A DNA stretch of 64,000 bases, from the NCBI GenBank assembly GCA_965223155.1, contig CBDCVR010000015.1, forward strand, positions 768,001 through 832,000, in the 5' to 3' direction. The notes below the pieces were generated by a model. That model worked only from the letters and a program-made list of their open reading frames with translations. It made no database searches and had not been told where the DNA came from. The position numbers were made by a program, and so were the translations under genes. The DNA is from Candidatus Multivoradales bacterium. Lineage in GTDB: Bacteria; Acidobacteriota; Thermoanaerobaculia; Multivoradales; JAHEKO01. Shown in pieces: positions 21,309 to 31,394 of the stretch (positions are counted from its first letter, which is position 1; every line of letters begins with the position of its first letter).

Positions 21309-23087
21309 TCAGCCGCTTCGTTCGTGCAATCGGCGGCTGAGGGCCGCCTTTTCCGTTAGGAGTCGTTCCAGTTTTTGTTGGTCTCCGGCTCGTTGAGCTT
21401 GGGTGATCTCGGCCGCCAGTTGCTTCGATTTCTGCCGCTGCCAGCGCCGTTCCAGCCGGCGCACCGAATCCACCAGCTCCTTCGGATCCGAGCCGGATGG
21501 ATCTTCTAACAGAAGCCGGGCAACCCGGTCAACCGCCGAACCCTGTTCCGGCAAGCGCGTCATCAGCTCGCGAGCGTCCGGGCGCCGGCCGGGGTTCTCC
21601 CTATAGAAAGCCTGGAAGACCTCAAAAATATTCCGCAAAGTGGGATCCAGAAAGGCCTCGGGCGGCGGCAGCTCGTCCGGGGCCGGCAGCTCGCCCGGGG
21701 CCGTCAGTAGGAGATGCAGAGCCTTTTCCTCGAGCGAGCGGACGATCCCCTCGCCCGATCCCGGCGCCGCCGACCGCCCCGCTGCCGAAGGCGCACCCTG
21801 CCGGCCGGCGAGCCTGTCCAGCAGGAGATTGACTGGAATGGACAGCTCCTCTGCCGCCTGCCGAGCGTAACCGTAGCGCAACACCGTATCCGGAATCGCC
21901 TTCAGAAGCTCGACCGCCGAGCGCGCCCCCGCGGCCTGCTGGCGCGGGTTGCCGGCGACCCCGGGCGGCGCCAGGCGCCGGATCTCGGCCAGCACCGCGT
22001 CCGGAGCGGCACCGTAGAGCTCGAGCAGGCGTTCGGCACCGTCCTCGGTTCGAACCGAATCGGGATCGGCCCCAGCGGCCAGCTCGAGCCGTGCCGTGCC
22101 CAGCCCGGCCGCCAGGAGCAGCGGCAGGCTCCGCCGGTAGGCGTTGACCCCGGCTTCGTCGCCGTCGTACCCGACCACGACGTCATCGGCGAATCGCGCC
22201 AGGAGCTGGGCCTGCTCCGGAGTCAGCGCGGTTCCCATGCTGGCCACCGCGTTCGGAATGCCGGCGGCCACCGAGCCGATGACGTCGAAGTAGCCCTCGA
22301 CCAGCAGCACCTTGCCGCTCTCCCGAATCTCGCGCTTGGCCAGATCCAGGCCGTAGAGCAGCCGGCCCTTACGGAAGCGCGCGGTCTCGCTCGTGTTGAT
22401 GTACTTGACCGCATCGGCATCCATGGCTCGGCCGCCGAAGCCCACCAGCCGGCCCGAGGTGTTGCGGATCGGAAAGATCAGGCGCTCCCGGAAGCGGTCG
22501 TAGAGTTCGCCCGGCCGCTTCCGGGACTCGGCGACCAGACCCGCCTTGAGCAGCATCCGGTCCGGAAACTTGCCGGACAGCGCTTCGAGCAGGTTGCGCC
22601 AGCCGGCCCGGGCAAAGCCCAACCCGAACTGGTCGATCAGCTCCTCCGAGATGGACCGCTGCTCCAAGTACTCGCGCGCCCCCCGGTTCCGGACCAGGCC
22701 CTTGCGGTAGAACTCGAGCGCGGCCTCCAGCACGGGCTCGAGATCCTCCTCGGAGCGCTTGCCGGCGGCCTTGCCGGTGTAGGCCGGGACCGGGATGCCG
22801 TAGCGCCGCGCCAGCGTCTCGATCGCGGCCGGGAAGTCGTCTCCAGACACCTGCATGTGGAGCTTGATGGCGTCTCCGCCCTGGGAGCAGCCAAAGCAGT
22901 AGAAGAGCCCTTGATCGGGATCGACGCTGAAGGACGGCGTCTTTTCTTTGTGGAGCGGGCAGAGTCCCTTGTGGCGGCGGCCGGCTTTGGTCAGGCGGGT
23001 GTGCTCGGAAGCGATGTCGACGATATCGACGGCATCGCGAACCGCCTGGACCAGCTCGTCCGTGAGGTGGATGCCTTGAAACGCCAT
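21309..23087 (-). CDS. dnaG: DNA primase
   Basis: [11 protein letters not shown]...CFGC zinc finger; GFGGR; KYINT; VEGYFDV; YDGDEAG TOPRIM. Confidence 0.97.
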   Translation of the reverse strand: MAFQGIHLTDELVQAVRDAVDIVDIASEHTRLTKAGRRHKGLCPLHKEKTPSFSVDPDQGLFYCFGCSQGGDAIKLHMQVSGDDFPAAIETLARRYGIPVPAYTGKAAGKRSEEDLEPVLEAALEFYRKGLVRNRGAREYLEQRSISEELIDQFGLGFARAGWRNLLEALSGKFPDRMLLKAGLVAESRKRPGELYDRFRERLIFPIRNTSGRLVGFGGRAMDADAVKYINTSETARFRKGRLLYGLDLAKREIRESGKVLLVEGYFDVIGSVAAGIPNAVASMGTALTPEQAQLLARFADDVVVGYDGDEAGVNAYRRSLPLLLAAGLGTARLELAAGADPDSVRTEDGAERLLELYGAAPDAVLAEIRRLAPPGVAGNPRQQAAGARSAVELLKAIPDTVLRYGYARQAAEELSIPVNLLLDRLAGRQGAPSAAGRSAAPGSGEGIVRSLEEKALHLLLTAPGELPAPDELPPPEAFLDPTLRNIFEVFQAFYRENPGRRPDARELMTRLPEQGSAVDRVARLLLEDPSGSDPKELVDSVRRLERRWQRQKSKQLAAEITQAQRAGDQQKLERLLTEKAALSRRLHERSG

Positions 23088-23152
23088 GCTCGATTCCGTG
23101 CCGGGATCCTACGACAGGTCCCCGACGCGCGCCGTGTCGTTCGCGCGCGGGG

Positions 23153-25657
23153 TCATCCCACGAGCTCCGCCACGGTCACGCCATTGCCGCCTTCGCCGGC
23201 GCTGCCGGGACGAAACGAGGCAACCGAGGGATGGCCGGCAAGCTCGCGCCGCACCACCTCCCGCAGCCGGCCGGTGCCATGCCCGTGGACGATACGTACC
23301 TGGACCAAGCCCGCCCGGATGGCCCGGTCCAGATACCGGTCGAGCTCGGCCAGCGCGTCGTCGGCCCGCATGCGCCTGAGGTGCAGCTCCTCGGACTCCG
23401 AGCGCAAGGCCAAGTGGCCGAGGCTCTCGGCCGCCGAGGGCCTCGGCGGCTTGGCCTTGCTCGCAACCTCAGGAGGCTCGGCGACGACCAGGTCCCCGGC
23501 GGCACAACGCACCTTCTTGCCGCCCACGACGACCACCGCGCGCTTGCCCGCCAAGCGATCGAGGCGCCCCGTCCAGCCCAGAGCCTGATGCTCGACTTGG
23601 GTGCCGACGTGCTCAGCCGTCACCGGCTCGGCGGCCTTCGTTCCGGCAACGTCGAGAACCGGAGCCTCGCGCCAGAGCTCGGCAACGGTCTTCTCGGCCT
23701 GCTTCTCGACCGCGACTTCGCCGGGGGCGTCGGCTCTCGACCGCTCGGCCTTCGCGCGCGCGCGCGCCTTCTCGATCTCGTCGGCCAGCTTGCGCTTGAC
23801 CCCGGCCCGAAAATCCCGAACCTCCTGCTTCCAGCGGCGATCGAGGGTCGCCTTCTCGGTCTCGATCTCTGCGCGTAGACGCTCAGTCTCGGCCCGCTCA
23901 GCCTCGGCCGTTCGCCGCTCCTCTCGAGCCCGGTCGCCATCGCGCCGGAGCCGGTCGCGCAACCGTTCGACCTCCGCCAGCATTCCCCGCAGGTTGCGCC
24001 GATCGGGACCCAGAAGCTCCTCGGCGCGCTCGAGCCAGCGTTCGTCCAGTCCCAGCCTGCGCCCCAAGGCGATTGCTTCACTGGCGCCGGGCACGCCCGC
24101 TACGAGGCGGTAGGTCGGCAGCCCGGTGGCGCCGTCGAACTCCATCGCGGCGCACCCGAATCCTTCGAGGTCGATGGCGGCTGCGGCAATCGGCGTCAAG
24201 TGGGTGGTGGCCACGGTCCACGAACCGCGAGCACTGAGCGCCTCCAGCAGGGCGATGCCCAGCGCCGCGCCCTCGCTCGGATCCGTTCCCGAGCCCAGCT
24301 CGTCGATCAGCACCAGCGCTCCGGGGCCGGCGGCCTCCCAGGCTTCGCGCAACCTCTGGAGCCGGCCGCTGAAAGTGGACCGTTCCGCCAGGAGATCCTG
24401 CTCGTCGCCGACCACCGCGACCAGCCGGTCCAGAAACGGCAGCGCCGTATCGGCGCCCACCGGAACCGGCAGCCCGCAATGGGCGGCGATGGCGAGAAGT
24501 CCCAGAGACTTCAAGGCAACCGTCTTGCCACCGGCGTTGGGCCCGGTGACGACGAGGCCGCGACCGTTCTCGGTCAGCAGCACGTCGAGGGGAATGACCT
24601 CGCCGTCGTGTCCGGGCTGGCCGAGCGCTTGCCGGCGAATCTCCGCCAGGGCTGGATCCAGAAGCGGGTGCCGGGCCTCGCTGAGCTCGAGCCGGGTCCC
24701 GGGGCCCGGCGTCAAGAATCGCGCGCCGACCCGGGCCGCGAACCGGCAGGCGGCTTGGCGCCGGTCCAGCCGGGCAACGGTCGTCCACAGGCCTGACAGG
24801 GCTTCGCGGCTTCCCGCGACTCGGTCCAGAAGCTCGGCCAGAATCCGCCGCCGCTCGGCTTCTTCTTCACGGAGCCCTTCCTCGAGGTCGTTGTTGGCCT
24901 CGACGAACTCCAGCGGCTCGAAATAGAGGCTCCGGCCCGTCCCCGACCGCCCCTTGACCACGCCCGGCACCGAGCCCTTGGCGCCGGCCCGGAGCAGCAC
25001 CACCAAGCGGCCGTCGTGCATCGGAATGGTGTCCTCGGCGAGCTCGGCCTGATGCCGGCCCGCGAACCGACCGATCGCGTCGTAGAGAGACTGCCGGCGG
25101 CGCGCCGAATCCCGGGACAGCTTCTGCAACCGGGCCGTGGCGTCGGGACGCACGCTCCCGCGTGGATCCAGCCGCCGCCGAATCTCGGCCGCCAGCCCGT
25201 CGAGCGCTTCGCCCCCGGACGAGAACTCCGCGGCCGACTCCGAAGCGGGCGCCGCCACTACGACTTGGGCCAGCGCCGCGAGCCCTTCCGAATCCGGCTG
25301 GGCGCGAGCGGCGGTCCGGATCCGGCTTCGGGCCTCCTCGACCGCTTCGAGAACGTCGGCCAGAAGCACCAGGTCGGCGCCGGTGACGTCCTCGGTTGCC
25401 TGGCTCAGATGGCCCTCGGCCAAGCGGCGCGCCAGCGGCGCGAGCTCCACCCCCAGCGACGGAATCAGGGCACCGTCTTCGAGCAGGCCCTCGAGTGCTC
25501 GCGAGGCGGCGACGTCACGAACCAACGCTTCTTCGGAATCGCAAGGCTGGAGCTCGCAAACACGGTCTGCGCCTAGATCGGTGGCGCAGAACCGGGCCAC
25601 GACGGTCAGGAGCGCCGGCAGCTCGACGGCCTCGCGGCTGGCGGGTGAGACGCGCAC
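23153..25657 (-). CDS. mutS2: MutS2 (ATPase, coiled coil, Smr domain)
   Basis: TGPNAGGKT, STFS, DELGSGTD and TTH motifs; C-terminal Smr IVHGHGTGRL...EGGNGVT. Confidence 0.93.
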   Translation of the reverse strand: MRVSPASREAVELPALLTVVARFCATDLGADRVCELQPCDSEEALVRDVAASRALEGLLEDGALIPSLGVELAPLARRLAEGHLSQATEDVTGADLVLLADVLEAVEEARSRIRTAARAQPDSEGLAALAQVVVAAPASESAAEFSSGGEALDGLAAEIRRRLDPRGSVRPDATARLQKLSRDSARRRQSLYDAIGRFAGRHQAELAEDTIPMHDGRLVVLLRAGAKGSVPGVVKGRSGTGRSLYFEPLEFVEANNDLEEGLREEEAERRRILAELLDRVAGSREALSGLWTTVARLDRRQAACRFAARVGARFLTPGPGTRLELSEARHPLLDPALAEIRRQALGQPGHDGEVIPLDVLLTENGRGLVVTGPNAGGKTVALKSLGLLAIAAHCGLPVPVGADTALPFLDRLVAVVGDEQDLLAERSTFSGRLQRLREAWEAAGPGALVLIDELGSGTDPSEGAALGIALLEALSARGSWTVATTHLTPIAAAAIDLEGFGCAAMEFDGATGLPTYRLVAGVPGASEAIALGRRLGLDERWLERAEELLGPDRRNLRGMLAEVERLRDRLRRDGDRAREERRTAEAERAETERLRAEIETEKATLDRRWKQEVRDFRAGVKRKLADEIEKARARAKAERSRADAPGEVAVEKQAEKTVAELWREAPVLDVAGTKAAEPVTAEHVGTQVEHQALGWTGRLDRLAGKRAVVVVGGKKVRCAAGDLVVAEPPEVASKAKPPRPSAAESLGHLALRSESEELHLRRMRADDALAELDRYLDRAIRAGLVQVRIVHGHGTGRLREVVRRELAGHPSVASFRPGSAGEGGNGVTVAELVG

Positions 25658-25747
25658 GACGCCGACCCTCTACCCTCGCGCTCGGCCGCTGGGCGCCGAT
25701 GTCGCCGTACGGGGAGCCTGCTGGCGCATCACGATGCTCGGGTCCAC

Positions 25748-25774
25748 AAAAAAAGCGGGGCCGCTCGGCCCCGC
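25748..25774 (-). terminator. Intrinsic terminator after rpsU
   Basis: GCGGGGCC-gagc-GGCCCCGC followed by 7 T on the minus strand. Confidence 0.85.
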
Positions 25775-25801
25775 CGGAACATTCCTTGGACGGTTCCCGT
25801 C

Positions 25802-26011
25802 CTAGCGCAATCCGAGGCGCCGTTCCTCGGCCATCTTGCGTAGCATCTTCTTGCGCGCCTGGACGGCCTTGCGCTTGCGCTTGACCGACGGCTTCTCGAA
25901 GTACTGGCGCTTCTTGAGCTCGGTGATGATCCCCGACTTCTCGCACTTGCGCTTGAAGCGCCTGAGCGCGCTTTCGAAGCTCTCTTCGTCTCGTACTTGA
26001 ACAACGGGCAA
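25802..26011 (-). CDS. rpsU: 30S ribosomal protein S21
   Basis: (M)[26 protein letters not shown]...[11 protein letters not shown]; TTG start at 26011 after the extended SD AGGAGGTGATC. Confidence 0.96.
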   Translation of the reverse strand: MPVVQVRDEESFESALRRFKRKCEKSGIITELKKRQYFEKPSVKRKRKAVQARKKMLRKMAEERRLGLR

Positions 26012-26162
26012 CTGGTGATCACCTCCTGACGGCCCCTGCGCTGGCATCTCGCGGGCGGCGTCCGGCCTTCCGCATTTTTCCAGCTTTCTACGCTCTTCCG
26101 AGCCTTCCCAGCAGGGGCCGGCAAGTCTCGCCGATCAAGCCCGGCCCGTCAAGCGGCCGGGC

Positions 26163-27008
26163 TTACGACTCCGCCGACGACTCGCCCTGAACCGCGTCGT
26201 ACTTGACCTGGTAGACCTCGAGCTCACCGCTCTTCTTGTTCTTGCGGAACCAAACGGCCGCGGCCGCGCCGGTGTCGTCCGTCGAGTAGAACCAGGCGGT
26301 AACGTCCCGCTCGGGGTACTCGCGCACGTTGCGCAGGTTGACCTGGCCGATGGCGTCTCGCACCTCGTCCGCGGTCATGCCCTTCTCGACCACCGCGAAC
26401 CGCTCTTCACTCATCCACCGATCGGCCTCGGCGGCGGCCAGGGCGGCCTGGAGCTTGGCGTTGTCGGGGTCCAGGGACAGCGCGATCTGGTAGATCTCGA
26501 TCGCCCGGCGATAGTCGCCGCCCTTGTCGATGTACTCCTGTGCCAGGACCATGTCTTCATCGCTCTTCATGGCGATGGCGGCGGCCTGGCGCTCGGTCAG
26601 CGGTTCGCCCTCGATCATCCCGGCATTGTTGAGATAGGTGACGAGCTTGGTATTGAAATCGTCGGCCTTGGACACGACCGAGTCCTCGAGATCGGCCAGC
26701 TTGGCCTCCAGCTCTTCGGCCGTGGGAGCGGCCTCGGCGCCTTCTTCGACCCCGGCTCCGACCTCGGCCCCCGCTGCATCGGCGGCCTCTTCGGCGCCCT
26801 CACGGACCTCGCGAGCGAGCTCCTTGAGCGCTTCACGAGTCTCCGACAGCTCCTCGCGCAGGCCGTCCAGATCGTCCTTCGCCTCGGTTAGCGCGGCCCA
26901 CTCCGCCTCCACGGCCGGATCCACCTTGGGCGCACCGGGAGCGCAGGCCACCCAGGCCACGGCCGCCAGACACGCAACAACAACAAACAGTTTCCGAGCT
27001 ACTCGCAT
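26163..27008 (-). CDS. Lipoprotein with coiled coil, TPR and C-terminal SmpA/OmlA(BamE)-like domain
   Basis: Signal peptide ending WVAC; TPR-like GDYRRAIEIYQIALSLDPDN; VEKGMTADEVRDAIG. Confidence 0.7.
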   Translation of the reverse strand: MRVARKLFVVVACLAAVAWVACAPGAPKVDPAVEAEWAALTEAKDDLDGLREELSETREALKELAREVREGAEEAADAAGAEVGAGVEEGAEAAPTAEELEAKLADLEDSVVSKADDFNTKLVTYLNNAGMIEGEPLTERQAAAIAMKSDEDMVLAQEYIDKGGDYRRAIEIYQIALSLDPDNAKLQAALAAAEADRWMSEERFAVVEKGMTADEVRDAIGQVNLRNVREYPERDVTAWFYSTDDTGAAAAVWFRKNKKSGELEVYQVKYDAVQGESSAES

Positions 27009-27196
27009 CGAGACCTCCCTGATCTAGTCCTGACTCGGCGTCATCGGTTCCGGACAACGTCCGCCGGAAGCAGAAAAGCGAACAGGCAAGCTACCATAGA
27101 GCCGATTCTCGCGACAAGCAACCGAGCGCGGACGAAATCGCTTGATTACCCTCTAAACGGTCACAAACAAAGAAGTTTCCTCGCCCGAGGGTTCCC

Positions 27197-27225
27197 TTGA
27201 CAGCCCCAGGACCCTCAAGAATAAT
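27197..27225 (+). promoter_or_regulatory. Candidate sigma70 promoter
   Basis: TTGACA-N17-AATAAT, 43 nt upstream of ATG 27268. Confidence 0.55.
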
Positions 27226-27267
27226 CGGCGGGCTCCGAGCGACAACTTCCAGACGGCGGTAGAAGCC

Positions 27268-28794
27268 ATGAATTTCGCAGACCACTTCCAACATCTCGAC
27301 CCTGAGGTAGCCGCCGCGCTGACCCGTGCCATGAGCTCTTTCGCCGCCGAGCTCGAGACCAAGCTCGCCGGCGACGAGGGCGGGGCCCACCAAGGCGACG
27401 CGGACGAAACGGCCCAGCCAGCGGTCGAGCCGCGGGCCGTCGTTCGGGCCGCTTCCCCTGGTCCTCCTTCTCCTGAAATCCAGCTCGACGGGGTCGACGA
27501 GCTCCGCCAAGCGGCCATGGTGATCGACACCGCGACCTCTCAGGCCTCGATTCTGAACGCACTGTCGCAGGGCGTTCTGCGCTTTGCCTCCAGAGTCGCG
27601 ATCTTCGTGGCCCGTGGTGACAGCCTGCACGGCTGGAGCGCCGACGGTTTCGGCTCGGAGGGGGACCGCATCAAGGAAGTTTCGCTCGACGCCGACGAGT
27701 GGCCCAGCTCGGGAATCGTGCGCGCCGGCCAGGGCGCGGTGGCGCTTTCGGCCGCCGAGTGCCGGCGGTTCACCGACCGTCTCGGAGCCGACGGCGCCGC
27801 GGTCGGCGTGCTCATTCCCTTCGTCCTGGGAAGTCAAACCGTGGGCACAGTCTACTGCGACCGCCTGGGCGGCGAGACCTTTTCGGTCTCGGCCCTGCAA
27901 CTGCTGACCTTTCTCGCGGGCCAGACCCTCGAGACTCTTCCGGTTCGCAAGCGAATCTCGACCGCTAGCCTGACCCTGGCCGAGGGCCCAGCCGATGAGC
28001 TGAGCGCGACCGAGCCCAAGCCAGTCACCCCGGAGCCGATCCCTCTGGACGAAGTGATCGAAACCGAGCCGGCGGCGTCGGACGTTGCGGTGGGAGCCGA
28101 AACCGAACCGGAGCCGGCGGCACACGACGCCGCGCTCGCGACTCAGGTCGTGCCCCCGTCCAACCTCGACGACGCGGCCGAGTTCGCGATGGAGCCGGAA
28201 ACCGAGTCCGCGGCCGAGCTCGTCGAGCCGCTGCCGCCGGTAGCGGCAGAGCCTGCGCACGTTGAGGCGGACGTCGAGGCGGAGATCCAGGCCGAGCCCG
28301 AAGTCGAAGCAGAAGAGGAACCGGCCGCCGACGCGGCGGTGGCGGAAGCCGACGAAGAGTCTACGCGCCCCGGCTTGGCCGCGCCCCCCGAGGCCCCTGA
28401 GCCTGCCGCGCCTCCGGCGAACTCAGCCAGCGCGCCGGAGCCCGATCCGGCCGACTTCAGCAGCACCCAGGTTCGGCCTCCGGAAGACGTCAATGGCCCC
28501 GGCTGGGCCTTTACCGGCGGGGCGGCGGCCTCGGCCGAGGACGCTTCGGGTCATGAAGAGGCGCAGCGTCTGGCGCGCCTCCTGGTCACCGAGATCAAGC
28601 TCTACAACGAGGAAGCGGTCGAGGCGGGACGCGAGAGCGGCGACATCTACAGCCGCCTCCAGGAAGACATCGACCGCTCGCAACAGATCTTCGAGGACCG
28701 GGTCGAGGAGGCAATCCGATCCGACACCGACTACTTCAAGGAGGCGCTAGTGCGCATTCTCGGCGGTGGCGACGCCGACGCCCTGGGGCTCTAG
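27268..28794 (+). CDS. Hypothetical protein: GAF-like domain, acidic linker and conserved C-terminal helical domain
   Basis: GAF-like RVAIFV...LIPFVLGSQTVGTVYCD; E/P/A-rich linker; C-terminal AQRLARLLVTEIKLYNEEAV. Confidence 0.7.
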   Translation: MNFADHFQHLDPEVAAALTRAMSSFAAELETKLAGDEGGAHQGDADETAQPAVEPRAVVRAASPGPPSPEIQLDGVDELRQAAMVIDTATSQASILNALSQGVLRFASRVAIFVARGDSLHGWSADGFGSEGDRIKEVSLDADEWPSSGIVRAGQGAVALSAAECRRFTDRLGADGAAVGVLIPFVLGSQTVGTVYCDRLGGETFSVSALQLLTFLAGQTLETLPVRKRISTASLTLAEGPADELSATEPKPVTPEPIPLDEVIETEPAASDVAVGAETEPEPAAHDAALATQVVPPSNLDDAAEFAMEPETESAAELVEPLPPVAAEPAHVEADVEAEIQAEPEVEAEEEPAADAAVAEADEESTRPGLAAPPEAPEPAAPPANSASAPEPDPADFSSTQVRPPEDVNGPGWAFTGGAAASAEDASGHEEAQRLARLLVTEIKLYNEEAVEAGRESGDIYSRLQEDIDRSQQIFEDRVEEAIRSDTDYFKEALVRILGGGDADALGL

Positions 28795-28805
28795 CGCGAC
28801 CAACG

Positions 28806-31094
28806 TTGCGGCGCCCGGCCTACGGTCCCGTTCTCCTCTTGGGTCTGGCCGTCTGCCTAGCCGGATTCGTCGCTCGAGTCTCTGAGGCCCCGCAAGCCTC
28901 CAAGGCTTCCCAAGCGCCAGCCGGCGGCGTCGAGCCTGCGATGCCGGTCGCGGTGACCGGCGACGCCGACTCCAGGCTCGCGCAAGCGGTTGCGGCCTGC
29001 GACCTCGCGGCCGCGGACACGGCCGCCGCGGCCTGGGATATCGACCCGACCGATCGGGCTATCGGCCTGGCGCTGGCCGCACAGCAGTGCGGCCGCTACT
29101 CGGAGAGCCTCAAGCGCCTCCGAGCGACGGCTTCGGGCAGCGCCCTCGCCGACTGGCGCCTGCTGGCCTGGGGCCGCGCCGCCCGCGAGCTGGGTCAGTA
29201 CCCGGCTGCCAAAGCCGCGCTCGACCGCCTGATTCGGGACCACCCGGAAAGCAAGCTCCTGGCTCACGCCGTCATCGAAGCTACCCACCTCGCCCGCGAG
29301 CGCGGTGACCTGGTCGGCGTTCTTGCCCTGGCCGAGACCGCGAGGGAGGGGCCCGTCGCTTCCGCCACCCGCGAAGAGCTCGAGGTTGCGGCGTGGGAAG
29401 CCGGAACCGAGCTTGGGGATCGGGCCCTGCGGGGCGAGGCGGCTCGGCAGCTCCTCGTCCACTTTCCGCTCAAGGCCGCAGAGCTCCAAGTCATCGAGGA
29501 ATTCCGGAACTTCGACGGCAGCCTCGATTGGCCCGAATTCCTGTCGGTGGACCAGATGGTGCTGCGCGCCCGGAGTCTCTTGGCCGCGGACCTCGAGGAA
29601 TCGGCCACCAAGACCCTCGAAGCGGTACCGCCCGAAGCCCGCCACCGGGATTGGAACCTGGCCTTCTCCGAGGCCTTGATCGCCGCCGACCGCGGCGAGC
29701 ACGCGCTGGAGGTTCTGAGCCAGGTTCGGGCGACGACTCTGGCCGAAGCCGCCGACCTCGAGTGGCGGCGCGCCACGGCCGCCATCGACGCCGCTTCGCC
29801 CAAGTCCGGACGGGAGCCGGGAGACGAGATCGACTCGGCCCGACGCTCGAAGATGCGTACGCGCGCGCACGAGCACTTGATGCGGGTCATCGACTTCGGC
29901 GTCCATCCCCGGCAGGTCCGCCGAGCGCACCGGATCCTGTTCGAGGACGCCATCGAGGAGAACCGCTTCGATGAGGGATTGCGCTGGCTTCGCAGCCTGC
30001 TCCGGGTCGACCCGGAGGACTGGTCCGGCGCCCGCTTCCTCTGGCGGCACGGCTGGAAGCAGTACGGCGAGCGCAACTTCAGCGGCGCGATCGGATACTG
30101 GGCCGAGCTTGGGGAGCTCTATCCGACCAGCCTCTTCAACCGTAGCGGCTCCTACTGGGCGGCACGCTCTCACGAGCGCCTGGGCAACCGCGCCCGGGCT
30201 CGGCAGCTCTACGCTGAAGTCGCCGACGTCGAGGTCGACGACTTCTATAGCCGGCACGCCCGCCGGCGGCTCGAGCGCGGCGGCCCCGGCGCGGCGCTGC
30301 CGGCCGCCGCCGAGCTATCGGAGCCAGCGGAGCCATCGGAGCCAGCAGAACCTACTGAACCAACTGAGCCGTGGCCGCGGGATCGCCGTCTGGCCCGAGC
30401 CGAGCTCCTGCTCGGTTTCGGCCTGGCCGAGGCCGCCGCATCGGAGCTCGAAGCGGTGGCAGCATCGACCGAGATCGAAGAGCGAGCGGCGAGCGCATTG
30501 CGCGCCCGCGTCGAGTCAGCTCGCGGCAAGCACCGCCAAGCGATCATCCAGATCAAGCGGGCCTTCTCTCTCTTGGGCTCGCCCCACCAGGGCTCGGCGC
30601 CGCTCGCCGCCCGCCAGCTCTACTATCCGCTCGCCTTCGACGACATCGTGCGCGAGTACGCGGGGCGCAACGGCCTGGACCGGAGCCTGGTGCTGGCGAT
30701 CATCCGCCAGGAAAGCGCGTTTGACCCGGGCGCGAAGAGCTGGGCCGGGGCGCGTGGCCTGATGCAGTTGATGCCGGCCACCGGTCGTGAGGTGGCCCGC
30801 CGGCTGGGTCTGCGCTACTCGACCAGCCGTCTCAACGACCCGGCCTTCAGCATCCGACTGGGTACCAGCTACTACCGCCAGGTGCGCGGCATGTTCGGCA
30901 ACGACGACGAGCTCGCTCTGGCCGGCTACAACGCCGGTCCCTACCGCATCAAGAGACTCTGGAAAGCGGCCGGCACCGGAGCCGAGATGGACAGCTTCCT
31001 GGAAGGGCTCTCCTTCGAAGAGACCAAGAGCTACGTCAAGCGGGTCCTGCTCTTTTCGAACAGTTACCGACACCTCTACTCCGAGGCCGGCTGA
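28806..31094 (+). CDS. Slt-family lytic transglycosylase with TPR-like N-terminus
   Basis: IIRQESAF, GARGLMQLMP, AGYNAG and ETKSYV motifs. Confidence 0.92.
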   Translation: MRRPAYGPVLLLGLAVCLAGFVARVSEAPQASKASQAPAGGVEPAMPVAVTGDADSRLAQAVAACDLAAADTAAAAWDIDPTDRAIGLALAAQQCGRYSESLKRLRATASGSALADWRLLAWGRAARELGQYPAAKAALDRLIRDHPESKLLAHAVIEATHLARERGDLVGVLALAETAREGPVASATREELEVAAWEAGTELGDRALRGEAARQLLVHFPLKAAELQVIEEFRNFDGSLDWPEFLSVDQMVLRARSLLAADLEESATKTLEAVPPEARHRDWNLAFSEALIAADRGEHALEVLSQVRATTLAEAADLEWRRATAAIDAASPKSGREPGDEIDSARRSKMRTRAHEHLMRVIDFGVHPRQVRRAHRILFEDAIEENRFDEGLRWLRSLLRVDPEDWSGARFLWRHGWKQYGERNFSGAIGYWAELGELYPTSLFNRSGSYWAARSHERLGNRARARQLYAEVADVEVDDFYSRHARRRLERGGPGAALPAAAELSEPAEPSEPAEPTEPTEPWPRDRRLARAELLLGFGLAEAAASELEAVAASTEIEERAASALRARVESARGKHRQAIIQIKRAFSLLGSPHQGSAPLAARQLYYPLAFDDIVREYAGRNGLDRSLVLAIIRQESAFDPGAKSWAGARGLMQLMPATGREVARRLGLRYSTSRLNDPAFSIRLGTSYYRQVRGMFGNDDELALAGYNAGPYRIKRLWKAAGTGAEMDSFLEGLSFEETKSYVKRVLLFSNSYRHLYSEAG
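30312..30374 (+). repeat. In-frame 9-bp tandem repeat (x7, EPx)
   Basis: gagctatcg gagccagcg gagccatcg gagccagca gaacctact gaaccaact gagccgtgg. Confidence 0.8.
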
Positions 31095-31150
31095 CGCTTC
31101 TCGGTCCGGTCAAAACTGGGTATACTCGCGGTCCCCTTCCGGGGTGGTCT

Positions 31151-31223
31151 GGGTCCATAGCTCAGCGGTTAGAGCATCCGGCTCATAACCGGCAGGTCCC
31201 TGGTTCGAATCCAGGTGGACCCA
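31151..31223 (+). tRNA. tRNA with CAT anticodon, probably Ile2 (lysidine-modified); CCA not encoded
   Basis: GGGTCCATAGCTCAGCGGTTAGAGCATCCGGCT-CAT-AACCGGCAGGTCCCTGGTTCGAATCCAGGTGGACCCA. Paired 1:72 means it is not fMet; Ile2 versus elongator Met is inferred. TATACT -10 at 31121. Confidence 0.9.
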
Positions 31224-31321
31224 CGAGTCGAGGATGTCGATGCGAGTGAGTCGTACGGGAGAACCACGAAACGCAATTGTCGCAAACTACCAGGCGGGCC
31301 TGGCGACGTCCGAAGAATTCC

Positions 31322-31355
31322 AGAGGGTGCTGAGTTCAGCACCCTCTTTGCGTTT
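31322..31355 (+). terminator. Terminator-like hairpin downstream of the tRNA
   Basis: AGAGGGTGCTG-agtt-CAGCACCCTCT followed by TTGCGTTT. Confidence 0.65.
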
Positions 31356-31394
31356 GCGCCATCGGGCGCGCCGAGTCGCGCAAGAAGGAGGGGC

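Noticed and set aside
31260-31350. Riboswitch (purine, c-di-GMP) or PyrR site after the tRNA
   Set aside because: Only short word resemblances (CTACCAGG, GCAAAC); the required helices could not be built
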